Source: Octopus sinensis (lineage: Eukaryota). From it: a DNA stretch of 64,000 bases. A model generated the notes under the pieces. That model searched no databases and was not told the origin of the DNA. It saw only the letters and a program-made list of their open reading frames with translations. Numbering within the stretch: the stretch's first letter is position 1; the number at the start of each line of letters is the position of its first letter. The stretch is taken from positions 187,860,001 to 187,924,000 of the forward strand of contig NC_042998.1 of assembly GCF_006345805.1 (NCBI RefSeq). The letters are read 5' to 3'. The position numbers and the translations under genes are program-made. Below are positions 52,046 through 64,000 of the stretch, piece after piece.

Positions 52046-52811
52046 GAGAGAGAGTATGTTATATGTTTCTCCAATATAAACTCCTTTCAAACTGTTAAAA
52101 CATATCTTTTAAGAATCATTTTTGCCATATTATTTTTCTCCTAAAATATTTTCGAATTCACTATTCTGAGTATTAAGTGTTGAATTTTAACTATAATCAC
52201 TTTATTTTATCAATCTAGGATGAATGAAATATATACTGAACCAGAATATTATTAAAACTCAGAAACCTGCTAGCATTTAGTATAGGGTTTCAGCTGGTGT
52301 TACACACACACACACACACACTCTCATATATATACATTTTACTTGTATATTGTTGTAGTCACATTCCCACAAAAGTAGTGCACTTTTTTTTAAAAATAAA
52401 TTCCACTTATAAGTTATAACCAAAGGCCTGGTTCATTGATTTAGATGTTATTAGTGGAAATGCTCTAGTATGGTCCAAACACGATTCAAGCCAAGGAATG
52501 CAGTAAGACTACATAAAACAACTAAAGTGAAATCACATCAGTCATAAATCTTATACTGCATTCTTTACAGCCAAATGTTTTTTACCAAGTAGGTTATCCT
52601 ATATGTATGTTATAAGTAGCCTGGTTATAAGCATAAAAATTCAAGGATATACTAATTTTCCTTTTCACTCATACGACAACTAATTTCAGAAAGCTGCCCA
52701 TATGTAAACTATTTTGCAGCTACAAATGAAATGACAAATAACTGTTTCAGACATATTTACTCCTAAATCCAGCTACTTAGTCGGGTGTTTTCATAGCTAG
52801 TTATATTTTAG

Positions 52812-52879
52812 CAAGAAGTGGCTATAATTCTAGCCATCTTGGCAACCCAAGGAGAATACTTGGCACAAACATCATAGAT
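52812..52879 (+). CDS. Candidate internal exon (xRSGYNSSHLGNPRRILGTNIID)
   Basis: TTATATTTTAG acceptor, consensus GAT|GTGAGT donor; only phase 1 is open, compatible with the phase-1 end of 22740-22800. No homology recognised. Confidence 0.45.
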
Positions 52880-53093
52880 GTGAGTCAATTAAGGTTGACA
52901 GTGTCATTGGAAAGTTGCCATCTTTAGCATCTTCAATTGACCACTAGCTGGTCAAAGATTGGCTCAAACATCTCATCAGTATATTAGTATTTTTAGTCAT
53001 TCAAACATACTCTAGACACTTTTGTGGTAAATTTGTTTGTATATATATATAAATATATATATATGTCTGTTTGTATATTTCTGCATGTGTATG

Positions 53094-53133
<40 letters not shown>

Positions 53134-53694
53134 TGATTTCAGTTGATTGGTGTGTGTGTTTTTGTTCACTGCATTGGCTTTATTGACCAACAGCTGACAC
53201 AACTATATAGTCTGTATGCAGAAGACCTCCATAGGGAGTTTTCCCATCACATTAGGTATTTCAGGCCATTTTGGTTGGATGTATTACATTGGGTTCTTGG
53301 TCAACCTAATTTGTATGTGTAACATTGAGTAGCCTTTGACTTATATAATTTGCAACATCCCAAGTTTGCTTTGTCTGAGAACAAGTATTCATGTAATGTT
53401 ATTTTTTATTATGTATTTCCTTTGGAAGAGCTGGAATGGTATTTATCACACCATCTTCTGGCTCACTCTTCTTTCTGTCTTTTATATTGCTACTACTATG
53501 AGAGCCGATACCCTGAGCTGGTTGGTCTTGTATCACCTTCCTTTTAGGTATTCTCTCCCTATTGTCAATCATATTGTGTCTATCCCCTGGCCCTGCACTA
53601 ACTACTATGTTCACTCCTCCCCTTCCTCCCCAGAATGTCACCCCTCTGAATTTCTGATTTTGCAAATATTTTTCTTGTAATCATAAACCTGCAG

Positions 53695-54190
53695 ATCATC
53701 ATCATCAGAATCATCATCGTTTAACCTCTATTTTCCATGCTGGCATGGGTTAGATGGTTTGAGATGGAGCTGGCTAGACAGGAGCTGTCCAGACTCTGGC
53801 TGTCTGTTGGGGCAAGGTTTCTATGGCTGGATGCCCTTCCTAATGCCAACCACTTAACAAAGTATACTGGGTGCTTATCACGTGTCACCGGCACAGGTGC
53901 ATTTATGCAGCACCAGTACAGGTGCATTAACACAGCACCAACATGGGTGCTTTTTAAGTGCCACTTGCGCCTGAAAGGATAAGCCTGTATGTATGAAAAA
54001 CAGTTTTTTTTACTTAGCTTGATGTGTCTTATCAAGTACAGCAAATCGCCACATCTCTCACTCCCTTGTCATTTCCTGAGTGAGGACTAGTGTCTGAAGA
54101 TCCTTTCTCATCACTTTGTCCCACATTTTCCTGGGTCTACCTTTTCCACAGGTACCCTCCACAATTAGAGCTTGACACTTCTTTATGCAT
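53695..54190 (-). mobile_element. RTE-LINE 3' end (ORF C-terminus + 3'UTR + (GAT)n); duplicated at 57056-57551
   Basis: Minus KKCQALIVEGTCGKGRPRKMWDKVMRKDLQTL...WRFAV is the RTE GRP..W C-terminus, contiguous with the (GAT)n-tailed UTR. This links the UTR family to RTE. Confidence 0.85.
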
Positions 54191-54368
54191 ATTAAAAAAA
54201 CTTTAGACGATATAACATCAAAGGTAGTCTATGGAAAGAGGAGGGGTAAAGGAAAGAAAAAAACCCAAATAAATGAGAAGTATATAACGATATGTAAATT
54301 TAAAAAAAACCTATAGTCTTGGAAAAAGATATATCTAGTGAATGTGAAATGTAAGAAGAAAATAGATA

Positions 54369-55520
54369 TCACTTATATGAACTAAAGGTGTGTTTCTGCC
54401 AATGTTTACATCGGTATGCACGCTCTATAACCGTGTTTACAAGGGGATTTTTAGAAAAAAGAATAAAAAATAGTTCAGAATTACAGAGAAGAGAGAATTC
54501 CTTGCCTTTATCGTAAGGTGTCAAAATTGAGAGAATCGATCAATCTAGATTAAATTGTTTGTGGTGTTTTGGATACCAAATTAATTTACTAAGCCTTATA
54601 CTGTTACGTTTATTCCTATCCCTAAATGTAGAGTAATGATTAGAAATTCGTTTAGGTAACTGAGAAGACAAGCTGCCTATAAAAAAAAATACTTCATTAC
54701 CAGAAGTAATTTTACACTGGTATATAGAATTTTTAATTTTAGAGTTGACATAAACTTGATTCTGTTGTAATTGACTTCAGGTACAATAACCTTGTTATTA
54801 ATATTTCTAGGGTGGTGGTGGATGGTATTAGCTAAATTAATCTTAGTATTAGCAAATGTATCCTTGTTTAACAGACTAATATTATGTGAGGAGATAATTT
54901 GTAAGATATTTTTTGTGTTGGAAAAACCAATCCTAATCGTGTGTTAGTTGATAATAGAGTGATACCTAGAATTCTTTGGAAAATTCCTAATAATAGCTTC
55001 ACGAAACTGCAAAGGAAGATTAGATTTAATTTGCCTCCCATAAGGAATAATTAACCAAATGGTTTTACTATTAGTTACGTTACTTTTAGTGATACTATCT
55101 TTGAAAGACATAGATTTGCTTTTAGAACAAAAATAGGGGTTTAATAAAGGTTATCTCCCTTCCTCTGTTTGGTGTTGGCATATAAATTAAAATTGATATC
55201 GTTTATATCCTTACAACTAGATTTCATATCTCCATTAGTAAAGGTAGAATAAGATTGAATGGAATTAAGTTAGGTAACGTTCTCTGTATAACCTGCTTTA
55301 AGTAAGGCACGGTTTTAAAATTCGGCCTTAGCATTGAAAATGTCAACATTAGCAGATAAGTTAGACAATCTAAATGAAATATTCTTAACTAAGTTCCTAG
55401 TAATGGCCCTAGAATGATTACTGAATTTGCTAATATACTTAAGATTGGTCAATGGTTTGTGGTATGGGAAGTACGAATTATTGTGTAGGTTAAGTGTAAT
55501 ACCTAAAAAGTTGGCTTTGC
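54369..55520 (-). mobile_element. Penelope-like element RT-thumb + GIY-YIG endonuclease, decayed
   Basis: ANFLGITLNLHNNSYFPYHKP..YISKFSNH..RLSNLS..ALLKAGY; TIWLIIPYG..HTIRIGFSNTKNILQIISSHN; IYQCKI..FIG..KRISNH..LSKLIW..PY..LCNSE..CKHWQKH..*; three or more premature stops. Confidence 0.9.
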
Positions 55521-55524
55521 TGTG

Positions 55525-55970
55525 AAAATGGGGATTTTATTGATTTTGAGGGACACTTGGGGGTCTAGATTGGACATCTTTTGCCCGATTTCAATCAAAT
55601 TTTCAACATGGTAAAGTGGAAGCGGATTTAAGCGTGGAAAATGGGTTCGAAATTTTGAAAATTAAGGCAAGATTTTTGAAGTTGAAAAAAATTCTCATTT
55701 TTACGTATTTTTCCCTTTTATTTTTTATTGTTTACTGTTTTCATTTTTTCTGAAATTTACAGCTGCCTGTAGCCCGTGTTTAGAGCTTTCATTTGCATGG
55801 TCTATCGTCGAAAAATTCCCAAAATAGAAATCCTTTTCCCCCTTATTTTTAATCGCTCAAATAGTGGCACGTACAAAAGGCAAGTGTGCTTTCCGTCGTC
55901 ACTGCCTGATATTTATGATTGATCTTTCAAAATATTTTCTTTCTCAACTTACTCAAGATCTTTTGTTTTT
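55525..55970. mobile_element. Probable DNA-transposon/Helitron-like fragment (duplicated at ~58886-59331)
   Basis: CCGATTTCAATCAAATTTT-type motif and A/T-tract-rich body; termini not resolved. Confidence 0.35.
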
Positions 55971-56199
55971 TATAAATGGGAGAGAGAGAGATAGAGAAAG
56001 AGAGGGAGAGTAATGTGTGAAAGAAAGAGATAACTGAAATTTTTTACTCGGTGTATGTGTATATGTATGTATATTACTTCAAAAGTTCCCGCAAGCCCAT
56101 ATGTAAAAAAAAAAAAAATTTTTTTTACGGAAATCGACGGAAGGTCTACTAGAGACGAAAGATCGCCATCCAACCATCGGAGATATCAGACGATGCGCG

Positions 56200-56437
56200 A
56201 AGGCGGCGAGCTGGCAAAAACGTTAGCACGCCGGCCGGCCGGAATGTCTAGCAGTATTTCGGCTGCCGTTACGTTCTGAGTTCAAATTCCGCCGAGGTCG
56301 ACTTTGCCTTTCATCCTTTCGGGGTCGATAAATAAAGTACCAGTTACGTACTGGGGTCGATGTAAATCGACTTAATCACTTTGTCTGTCTTTGTTTGTCC
56401 CCTCTGTGTTTAGCCCCTTGTGAGCAATAAAGAAATA
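56200..56437 (+). mobile_element. SINE-B with ATATCAGACGA TSD (duplicated at 59563-59800)
   Basis: TSD at 56183-56193 and 56435-56445. Confidence 0.9.
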
Positions 56438-56491
56438 TCAGACGACACGCACACACACACACACACACACCACACACACACACACACACAC

Positions 56492-59400
56492 GTGTGATTT
56501 CAGTTGATTGGTGTGTGTGTTTTTGTTCACTGCATTGGCTTTATTGACCAACAGCTGACACAACTATATAGTCTGTATGCAGAAGACCTCCATAGGGAGT
56601 TTTCCCATCACATTAGGTATTTCAGGCCATTTTGGTTGGATGTATTACATTGGGTTCTTGGTCAACCTAATTTGTATGTGTAACATTGAGTAGCCTTTGA
56701 CTTATATAATTTGCAACATCCCAAGTTTGCTTTGTCTGAGAACAAGTATTCATGTAATGTTATTTTTTATTATGTATTTCCTTTGGAAGAGCTGGAATGG
56801 TATTTATCACACCATCTTCTGGCTCACTCTTCTTTCTGTCTTTTATATTGCTACTACTATGAGAGCCGATACCCTGAGCTGGTTGGTCTTGTATCACCTT
56901 CCTTTTAGGTATTCTCTCCCTATTGTCAATCATATTGTGTCTATCCCCTGGCCCTGCACTAACTACTATGTTCACTCCTCCCCTTCCTCCCCAGAATGTC
57001 ACCCCTCTGAATTTCTGATTTTGCAAATATTTTTCTTGTAATCATAAACCTGCAGATCATCATCATCAGAATCATCATCGTTTAACCTCTATTTTCCATG
57101 CTGGCATGGGTTAGATGGTTTGAGATGGAGCTGGCTAGACAGGAGCTGTCCAGACTCTGGCTGTCTGTTGGGGCAAGGTTTCTATGGCTGGATGCCCTTC
57201 CTAATGCCAACCACTTAACAAAGTATACTGGGTGCTTATCACGTGTCACCGGCACAGGTGCATTTATGCAGCACCAGTACAGGTGCATTAACACAGCACC
57301 AACATGGGTGCTTTTTAAGTGCCACTTGCGCCTGAAAGGATAAGCCTGTATGTATGAAAAACAGTTTTTTTTACTTAGCTTGATGTGTCTTATCAAGTAC
57401 AGCAAATCGCCACATCTCTCACTCCCTTGTCATTTCCTGAGTGAGGACTAGTGTCTGAAGATCCTTTCTCATCACTTTGTCCCACATTTTCCTGGGTCTA
57501 CCTTTTCCACAGGTACCCTCCACAATTAGAGCTTGACACTTCTTTATGCATATTAAAAAAACTTTAGACGATATAACATCAAAGGTAGTCTATGGAAAGA
57601 GGAGGGGTAAAGGAAAGAAAAAAACCCAAATAAATGAGAAGTATATAACGATATGTAAATTTAAAAAAAACCTATAGTCTTGGAAAAAGATATATCTAGT
57701 GAATGTGAAATGTAAGAAGAAAATAGATATCACTTATATGAACTAAAGGTGTGTTTCTGCCAATGTTTACATCGGTATGCACGCTCTATAACCGTGTTTA
57801 CAAGGGGATTTTTAGAAAAAAGAATAAAAAATAGTTCAGAATTACAGAGAAGAGAGAATTCCTTGCCTTTATCGTAAGGTGTCAAAATTGAGAGAATCGA
57901 TCAATCTAGATTAAATTGTTTGTGGTGTTTTGGATACCAAATTAATTTACTAAGCCTTATACTGTTACGTTTATTCCTATCCCTAAATGTAGAGTAATGA
58001 TTAGAAATTCGTTTAGGTAACTGAGAAGACAAGCTGCCTATAAAAAAAATACTTCATTACCAGAAGTAATTTTACACTGGTATATAGAATTTTTAATTTT
58101 AGAGTTGACATAAACTTGATTCTGTTGTAATTGACTTCAGGTACAATAACCTTGTTATTAATATTTCTAGGGTGGTGGTGGATGGTATTAGCTAAATTAA
58201 TCTTAGTATTAGCAAATGTATCCTTGTTTAACAGGCTAATACTATGTGAGGAGATAATTTGTAAGATATTTTTTGTGTTGGAAAAACCAATCCTAATCGT
58301 GTGTTAGTTGATAATAGAGTGATACCTAGAATTCTTTGGAAAATTCCTAATAATAGCTTCACGAAACTGCAAAGGAAGATTAGATTTAATTTGCCTCCCA
58401 TAAGGAATAATTAACCAAATGGTTTTACTATTAGTTACGTTACTTTTAGTGATACTATCTTTGAAAGACATAGATTTGCTTTTAGAACAAAAATAGGGGT
58501 TTAAATAAAGGTTATCTCCCTTCCTCTGTTTGGTGTTGGCATATAAATTAAAATTGATATCGTTTATATCCTTACAACTAGATTTCATATCTCCATTAGT
58601 AAAGGTAGAATAAGATTGAATGGAATTAAGTTAGGTAACGTTCTCTGTATAACCTGCTTTAAGTAAGGCACGGTTTTAAAATTCGGCCTTAGCATTGAAA
58701 ATGTCAACATTAGCAGATAAGTTAGACAATCTAAATGAAATATTCTTAACTAAGTTCCTAGTAATGGCCCTAGAATGATTACTGAATTTGCTAATATACT
58801 TAAGATTGGTCAATGGTTTGTGGTATGGGAAGTACGAATTATTGTGTAGGTTAAGTGTAATACCTAAAAAGTTGGCTTTGCTGTGAAAATGGGGATTTTA
58901 TTGATTTTGAGGGACACTTGGGGGTCTAGATTGGACATCTTTTGCCCGATTTCAATCAAATTTTCAACATGGTAAAGTGGAAGCGGATTTAAGCGTGGAA
59001 AATGGGTTCGAAATTTTGAAAATTAAGGCAAGATTTTTGAAGTTGAAAAAAATTCTCATTTTTACGTATTTTTCCCTTTTATTTTTTATTGTTTACTGTT
59101 TTAATTTTTTCTGAAATTTACAGCTGCCTGTAGCCCGTGTTTAGAGCTTTCATTTGCATGGTCTATCGTCGAAAAATTCCCAAAATAGAAATCCTTTTCC
59201 CCCTTATTTTTAATCGCTCAAATAGTGGCACGTACAAAAGGCAAGTGTGCTTTCCGTCGTCACTGCCTGATATTTATGATTGATCTTTCAAAATATTTTC
59301 TTTCTCAACTTACTCAAGATCTTTTGTTTTTTATAAATGGGAGAGAGAGAGATAGAGAAAGAGAGGGAGAGTAATGTGTGAAAGAAAGAGATAACTGAAA

Positions 59401-59813
59401 TTTTTTACTCGGTGTATGTGTATATGTATGTATATTACTTCAAAAGTTCCCGCAAGCCCATATGTAAAAAAAAAAAAAAATTTTTTTTACGGAAATCGAC
59501 GGAAAGGTCTACTAGAGACGAAAGATCGCCATCCAACCATCGGAGATATCAGACGATGCGCGAAGGCGGCGAGCTGGCAAAAACGTTAGCACGCCGGCCG
59601 GCCGGAATGTCTAGCAGTATTTCGGCTGCCGTTACGTTCTGAGTTCAAATTCCGCCGAGGTCGACTTTGCCTTTCATCCTTTCGGGGTCGATAAATAAAG
59701 TACCAGTTACGTACTGGGGTCGATGTAAATCGACTTAATCACTTTGTCTGTCTTTGTTTGTCCCCTCTGTGTTTAGCCCCTTGTGAGCAATAAAGAAATA
59801 TCAGACGACACGC
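56492..59813 (+). repeat. 3.36-kb tandem duplication, copy 2
   Basis: See copy 1. Confidence 0.95.
57730..58882 (-). mobile_element. Penelope-like element RT-thumb + GIY-YIG, duplicate copy
   Basis: As 54369-55520. Confidence 0.9.
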
Positions 59814-61189
59814 ACACACACACACACACACACCTGCGCACACGCACACACACACGCACACACACACACGCGCACACACACACACGCACACACGAATTCT
59901 CTTCTCTAATGCACTATTCGAGTTAAGGACCCTTTTCTCTGGTCTAGAAGGGTTCATGTTGCAACCTTTTATTGTTGCTGCCAAATTTTTTTCTGAGCCG
60001 TTTCCATGGCAGTCTGAATACATCGTTACTGAAAGTAAGAAAGAACCCTCATGATAACAAGAAAAGAACGAAACAAAACAAAATAAAATAAAATAACAAA
60101 ACAGTAAGAATAAAATAGAAATGCCGTACATAAACTATTTAATGCACAATTCTTATACGTAAAACTAAATATCAGACAAGTTAAAAGAAGAAGCAAGCTA
60201 GGGGGTAAAAATGCCATGTACTGTTGATATAGTATTTTCGACTTGATATGTAACTGAATATGAAATATTATGGAAAGCAATAATTGCTTTCTAGCTGGTA
60301 GGGGAACACTCAGGATTTTTTAGCGAAGCACTCTTATTTTCACTAATAACTATTTTCTTTCGTCCGTTAACCCAGATATTATTGTGTATATGTATGTACG
60401 TGTGTGTGTGTGTGTGCGTGTGCCCGTACACATACATAAGCAGACAAGTATGTGTCTGTGTGTGTGTGAACGTGCGCCCATGCACATACATACACACATA
60501 AAAAGACACGTGTGTGTGTACGCATGCATGTATAAATATGCGTATGGAATACATACACGTGCACCTTTAGCAACGTTAATAGCTAAGTGTCATGTCTTTA
60601 GTTTCTGTCTGCTGGTGTATTTTTATTTGCATATTTTATGTTTTTTTTAAATATTTTTATATAAAATATGAAATGTCGGCAATGAAAACAATCTTTGTTA
60701 CGTTACAATACACCCGCTCCCTTAGTTTCTCTTCAGTACAAAAACACTCTAGTACTTTACATCATACTGTCTTCCTCCCCACTTTCTCTCTGATATTTGT
60801 ATAATGATTCTTTTTTTTTTGTTTGTTTTTACTCTCCTCCTATCAGTCATTTGCTTAATTTTATGTTGAAAGAAAACAAAGAGTGTATCTGTCGGTCGCC
60901 ACCTTTACTGTTGGTACACTGTATGAGTTGAATTATCATTTGGGCAATAAATTTTGTTGTTTTTACCGGTGGATCTTGTCTGCGACCCATTTTCATTTTT
61001 TAAACTTGTTTTACTAATGCTCTGAAGAAGTGCATCAACATCGATTCGCCTTATTTTCCCATCTATTGAGTAAACAAACTTTTAGTGGTGGGGGGAATAA
61101 GACAGTGGACTTGTGAAAACGATAAGGCCAGATTTTAAATATTTTGTTTCACTGCACTACTACTCCGAGTTCCATTTCCGCCTGTGTTG

Positions 61190-61613
61190 ATTTTGTCGAA
61201 CCAATTCTACTATACGGCTCAGAAACCTGGACGTTATCAAAGAAGCTTGAGAGACGGTTGGATGGAACTTACACTCGCCTCCTTACGAGAGCTCAAAATC
61301 TCTCGTGGAAGCGTCATCCAACCAAAGTACAAATATATGGGAAACAACCACCTGTATCATCTCTTGTGAAAGGTAGAAGAATCCAGTTTGCTGGACATTG
61401 TTGTAGAGTTGAAAACGAGGCAAATTTCTACTCTTCCCCTCTGGAAGCCATCTGCTCACGATACTAGAGGGCGCACACTCTCATACCCTGATGTAATCTC
61501 CAGGGATACAGGCATTCAGCAACAGGAGCCCCGTAATGCTATGTTGGACCGTGAAGTCTGGCGTAGCATAGTAAATTCCATTGTCTCGACCATGGTTGAA
61601 CAATAATGATGAC
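61190..61613 (+). mobile_element. RTE-clade LINE 3' ORF fragment (different family), 5'-truncated
   Basis: VEPILLYGSETWTLSKKLERRLDGTYTRLL..RRIQFAGHC.., then after a frameshift LWKP..RGRTLSYPDVISRDTG..AMLDREVWRSIV..*, with a short (A/G)AT tail. Confidence 0.9.
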
Positions 61614-64000
61614 GCCAATTGTATACTGAATCTATTGATTACACCATGCCTTCATAGTTGTTGATTTTAGTGGTAGTTTTAAGGATTTTTCTACAAGTCA
61701 GCAGATCCCAAACCTTGATTGAGATCTATGATCAAAGGCATTCCAGCTTTGACCATCCCATCTTTTTCAGACTATTATCCAATATATCCTTTCTTTTTTT
61801 AAGAAAGCATCGGTGATTTGAGGGAGATCAGGCTGCTGTTTTCTTTTGCTTTGTGTTGTATATTTAAGGTAATAATCTGGAGGAAGAGGCAGCACTTATA
61901 GCCCTCATGGTTCCTTCTTCATTCCTGAAGTTCATATAAATTGGATAACAAATGCAAAATCTTTCATTGCAGGGGGGTTACTTATCTTGGTTGAAAATGA
62001 GTGGGTACTTTACACAGTTGGCAAAGGTCCTTTTAATAAGAGACCAGAAGAACTGGTTGACATTTGGGAAGTAATGATAGTTTGCATACTGTGCATAACA
62101 CTGAATTGTAGTCTTGCACAAGCTGTGGTTGTAGGTAAAAATCCACACAGTTCATAGAGGTGTATGATTTTTCACAGGCAGGCAGCTTGTTTAATGAAAA
62201 TCGTTTGGGCTTATGAACTTTGGTTTTGGGAAGGATGTGAAAGTACATTCCTAAGAGTGTGATTTTGGTCATCTGTTTAGTTGATCCTTATGCTCTGAGG
62301 TAAAGTATATTTGCTGCCAGGGAAACTTAGTGTAAAAGTGGTGAAGTTCTGAGCTGGAGAAGGGGAAGGACTCGTTGCATGTGGATGTGTGATAATATTT
62401 GTCATTATGCAGTGGGGGTGTGTTCCACTATATACAGAGACTGTGATGGTTTGGTAGAAATTGTGTTTGTGGACTGAGAAAGAGATCAAGAGTGTTTGGT
62501 ATGTGTGTGTTCTAGATGTATCATGCTCCTGTTTAGTTGAATCCTGTGTAGTGCAACAGGCTGCTAGTAATAGTATCAGTTGCAGTTAGTTTCATCAAGT
62601 AGGTGTGTGTAGGGTGTGCTGTGATTTTTACCTGCTCTTCAATCCTGTTATGACACTTAAAAACATGTGATTGGAAAGTAAACTTCTTACAACCTTTTTT
62701 TTTTGTCTTCCCTATATCATTTTTTTTCTGTGGACATCGTAGCTTGCTGTTTTCTTTTATTTTGATATCTTATTTCAGCTCATATTCGCATGTATTTCCT
62801 CTATACACACAAAATTGAATACTTTTATCAGTAAATTCAACAGGCTGTAATATAAATAAAACTACCACGTAACTACTATCTCAGTGCAATACAAAAGTTT
62901 CATCCTGTTTTTCCAGATATTCCATGCATTTTCTCTTTTATTGATTTGGTCAGGAGGAAGGGGGCTGTGTTTTAACACTATTGACACCTGAGATTAACTT
63001 CTTCCTTATCAACAATTACAAGCCAATGCCTGAAGGAAAGACATGTGCAGGGAGAGAGTTCTTGTAGGAGGAGATGATCTGGGAAGGAAGGGCTGGATGT
63101 TATAGTGCAGTGATCTAGTGGTGGAATGATACCAGGTGATGAGAGGAAGAGAGGAGTGGGTTGAGAGTGCCAAAGGAGGATAAGCTTTTTGTGTCCCACC
63201 CCCCACACTTAACAAGAAAATTTCTCACACTCTGCCACAACAAACCAAACTACATCTCTACCTCACATTTCCATGTTGTACACTATGCTTAGCTCTCACT
63301 CCCCAATCCTGTCCTCTTAGCCCTGTGCAACTGTATCGTTGCTCTCTGCTAGCTTCCGACTTGTGTGTTCCATCTGTACCCTGTCTCACTGTATCATTGC
63401 CATCTGCTAGCCCCTGACCCATGTGTTTCACCCACATATAGCATGAAAACTTTTCACACACCCTACCTCCAAAAACCAATCTACATCTCTATATCTTTTC
63501 CCTTCCTCACATTTCCTTCTTCATACCCTATGCCTAACTCTCGCTCCCTTAATCCTGTCCTCACAGCACTGTTTCTCTGTATCATTGCTATCCGGTAGTT
63601 TTCCCGACTATATATACACAAGTTTTTGCCACTCACTCCCCCCTCCATACTCTTTAATCACGCTTCCTTCTCAATATCCTGCCATTTATATTATGGCCTT
63701 TGAACCTCAAAGATATGCCTTGGCACTTGCCACCATCCATATCTCTTTCTTACTTTACTCCACCATCCCATTTATATTCTGATCCCCACCCTTGTGAGTA
63801 TACCTGGCACTTTGCCACCATCTCTTTCCCTTTCTCCTGCACTTCCCTTAGGTTGGGTAACTATATATTTCCTCTGTGGCAGCACACCTGTTTCTGTGTT
63901 CATTCCTGATATCACCCCACTCTCTCTCTCTCTCTGGCTGGGTAACCTTGTACCTCCTCTATAGCAAGATACCTGTTTTCTGTCTCTCTGCTTCACTATA

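Larger units (their letters stand above)
53131..56450 (+). repeat. 3.36-kb tandem duplication, copy 1
   Basis: Near-identical to 56492-59813 (offset 3360-3363); flanked by (CA)n. Confidence 0.95.

Noticed and set aside
53336-53680. 114-aa hydrophobic ORF present twice
   Set aside because: The second copy comes only from the tandem duplication; no recognisable domain or splice/promoter support.
61880-63300. Possible further decayed PLE on the minus strand (QKLIL..GTLNP-like near 63160-63200)
   Set aside because: The motif needs a frameshift and the rest cannot be aligned by eye; too weak to list as a feature.

Overview
AT-rich, repeat-saturated eukaryotic DNA, most likely octopus/cephalopod judging by the SINE families (inference). 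It looks like the intronic body of a large gene: no long genuine ORF, only a few short candidate + strand exons (13955-14015, 22740-22800, 52812-52879), host gene unidentified. Most of the window is mobile DNA: about 15 copies of a tRNA-derived SINE with an internal microsatellite (SINE-A), 6 loci of a second tRNA-derived SINE (SINE-B), about 19 copies of an RTE-LINE 3'UTR ending in (GAT)n, RTE ORF remnants, Penelope-like (PLE) RT/GIY-YIG remnants, a full-length decayed mariner, a Tc1 3' end, TTAA-flanked piggyBac-like MITEs and Helentron-type elements. Most notable observations: (1) a hammerhead-ribozyme-like fold with a non-canonical core in a PLE-like terminus (44651-44688, minus); (2) SINE-B insertions whose target-site duplications begin GGTAYT; (3) an exact 158-bp inverted copy of a local sequence 7 kb away; (4) a TTAA-MITE dimer with an identical 23-bp linker at two loci; (5) a near-identical 3.36-kb tandem duplication bounded by (CA)n and carrying a PLE; (6) a CpG-retaining triplet-repeat island with coding-like structure. 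Family names are my pattern-based assignments, not database results. Almost all ORF-track entries are repeat-derived noise.
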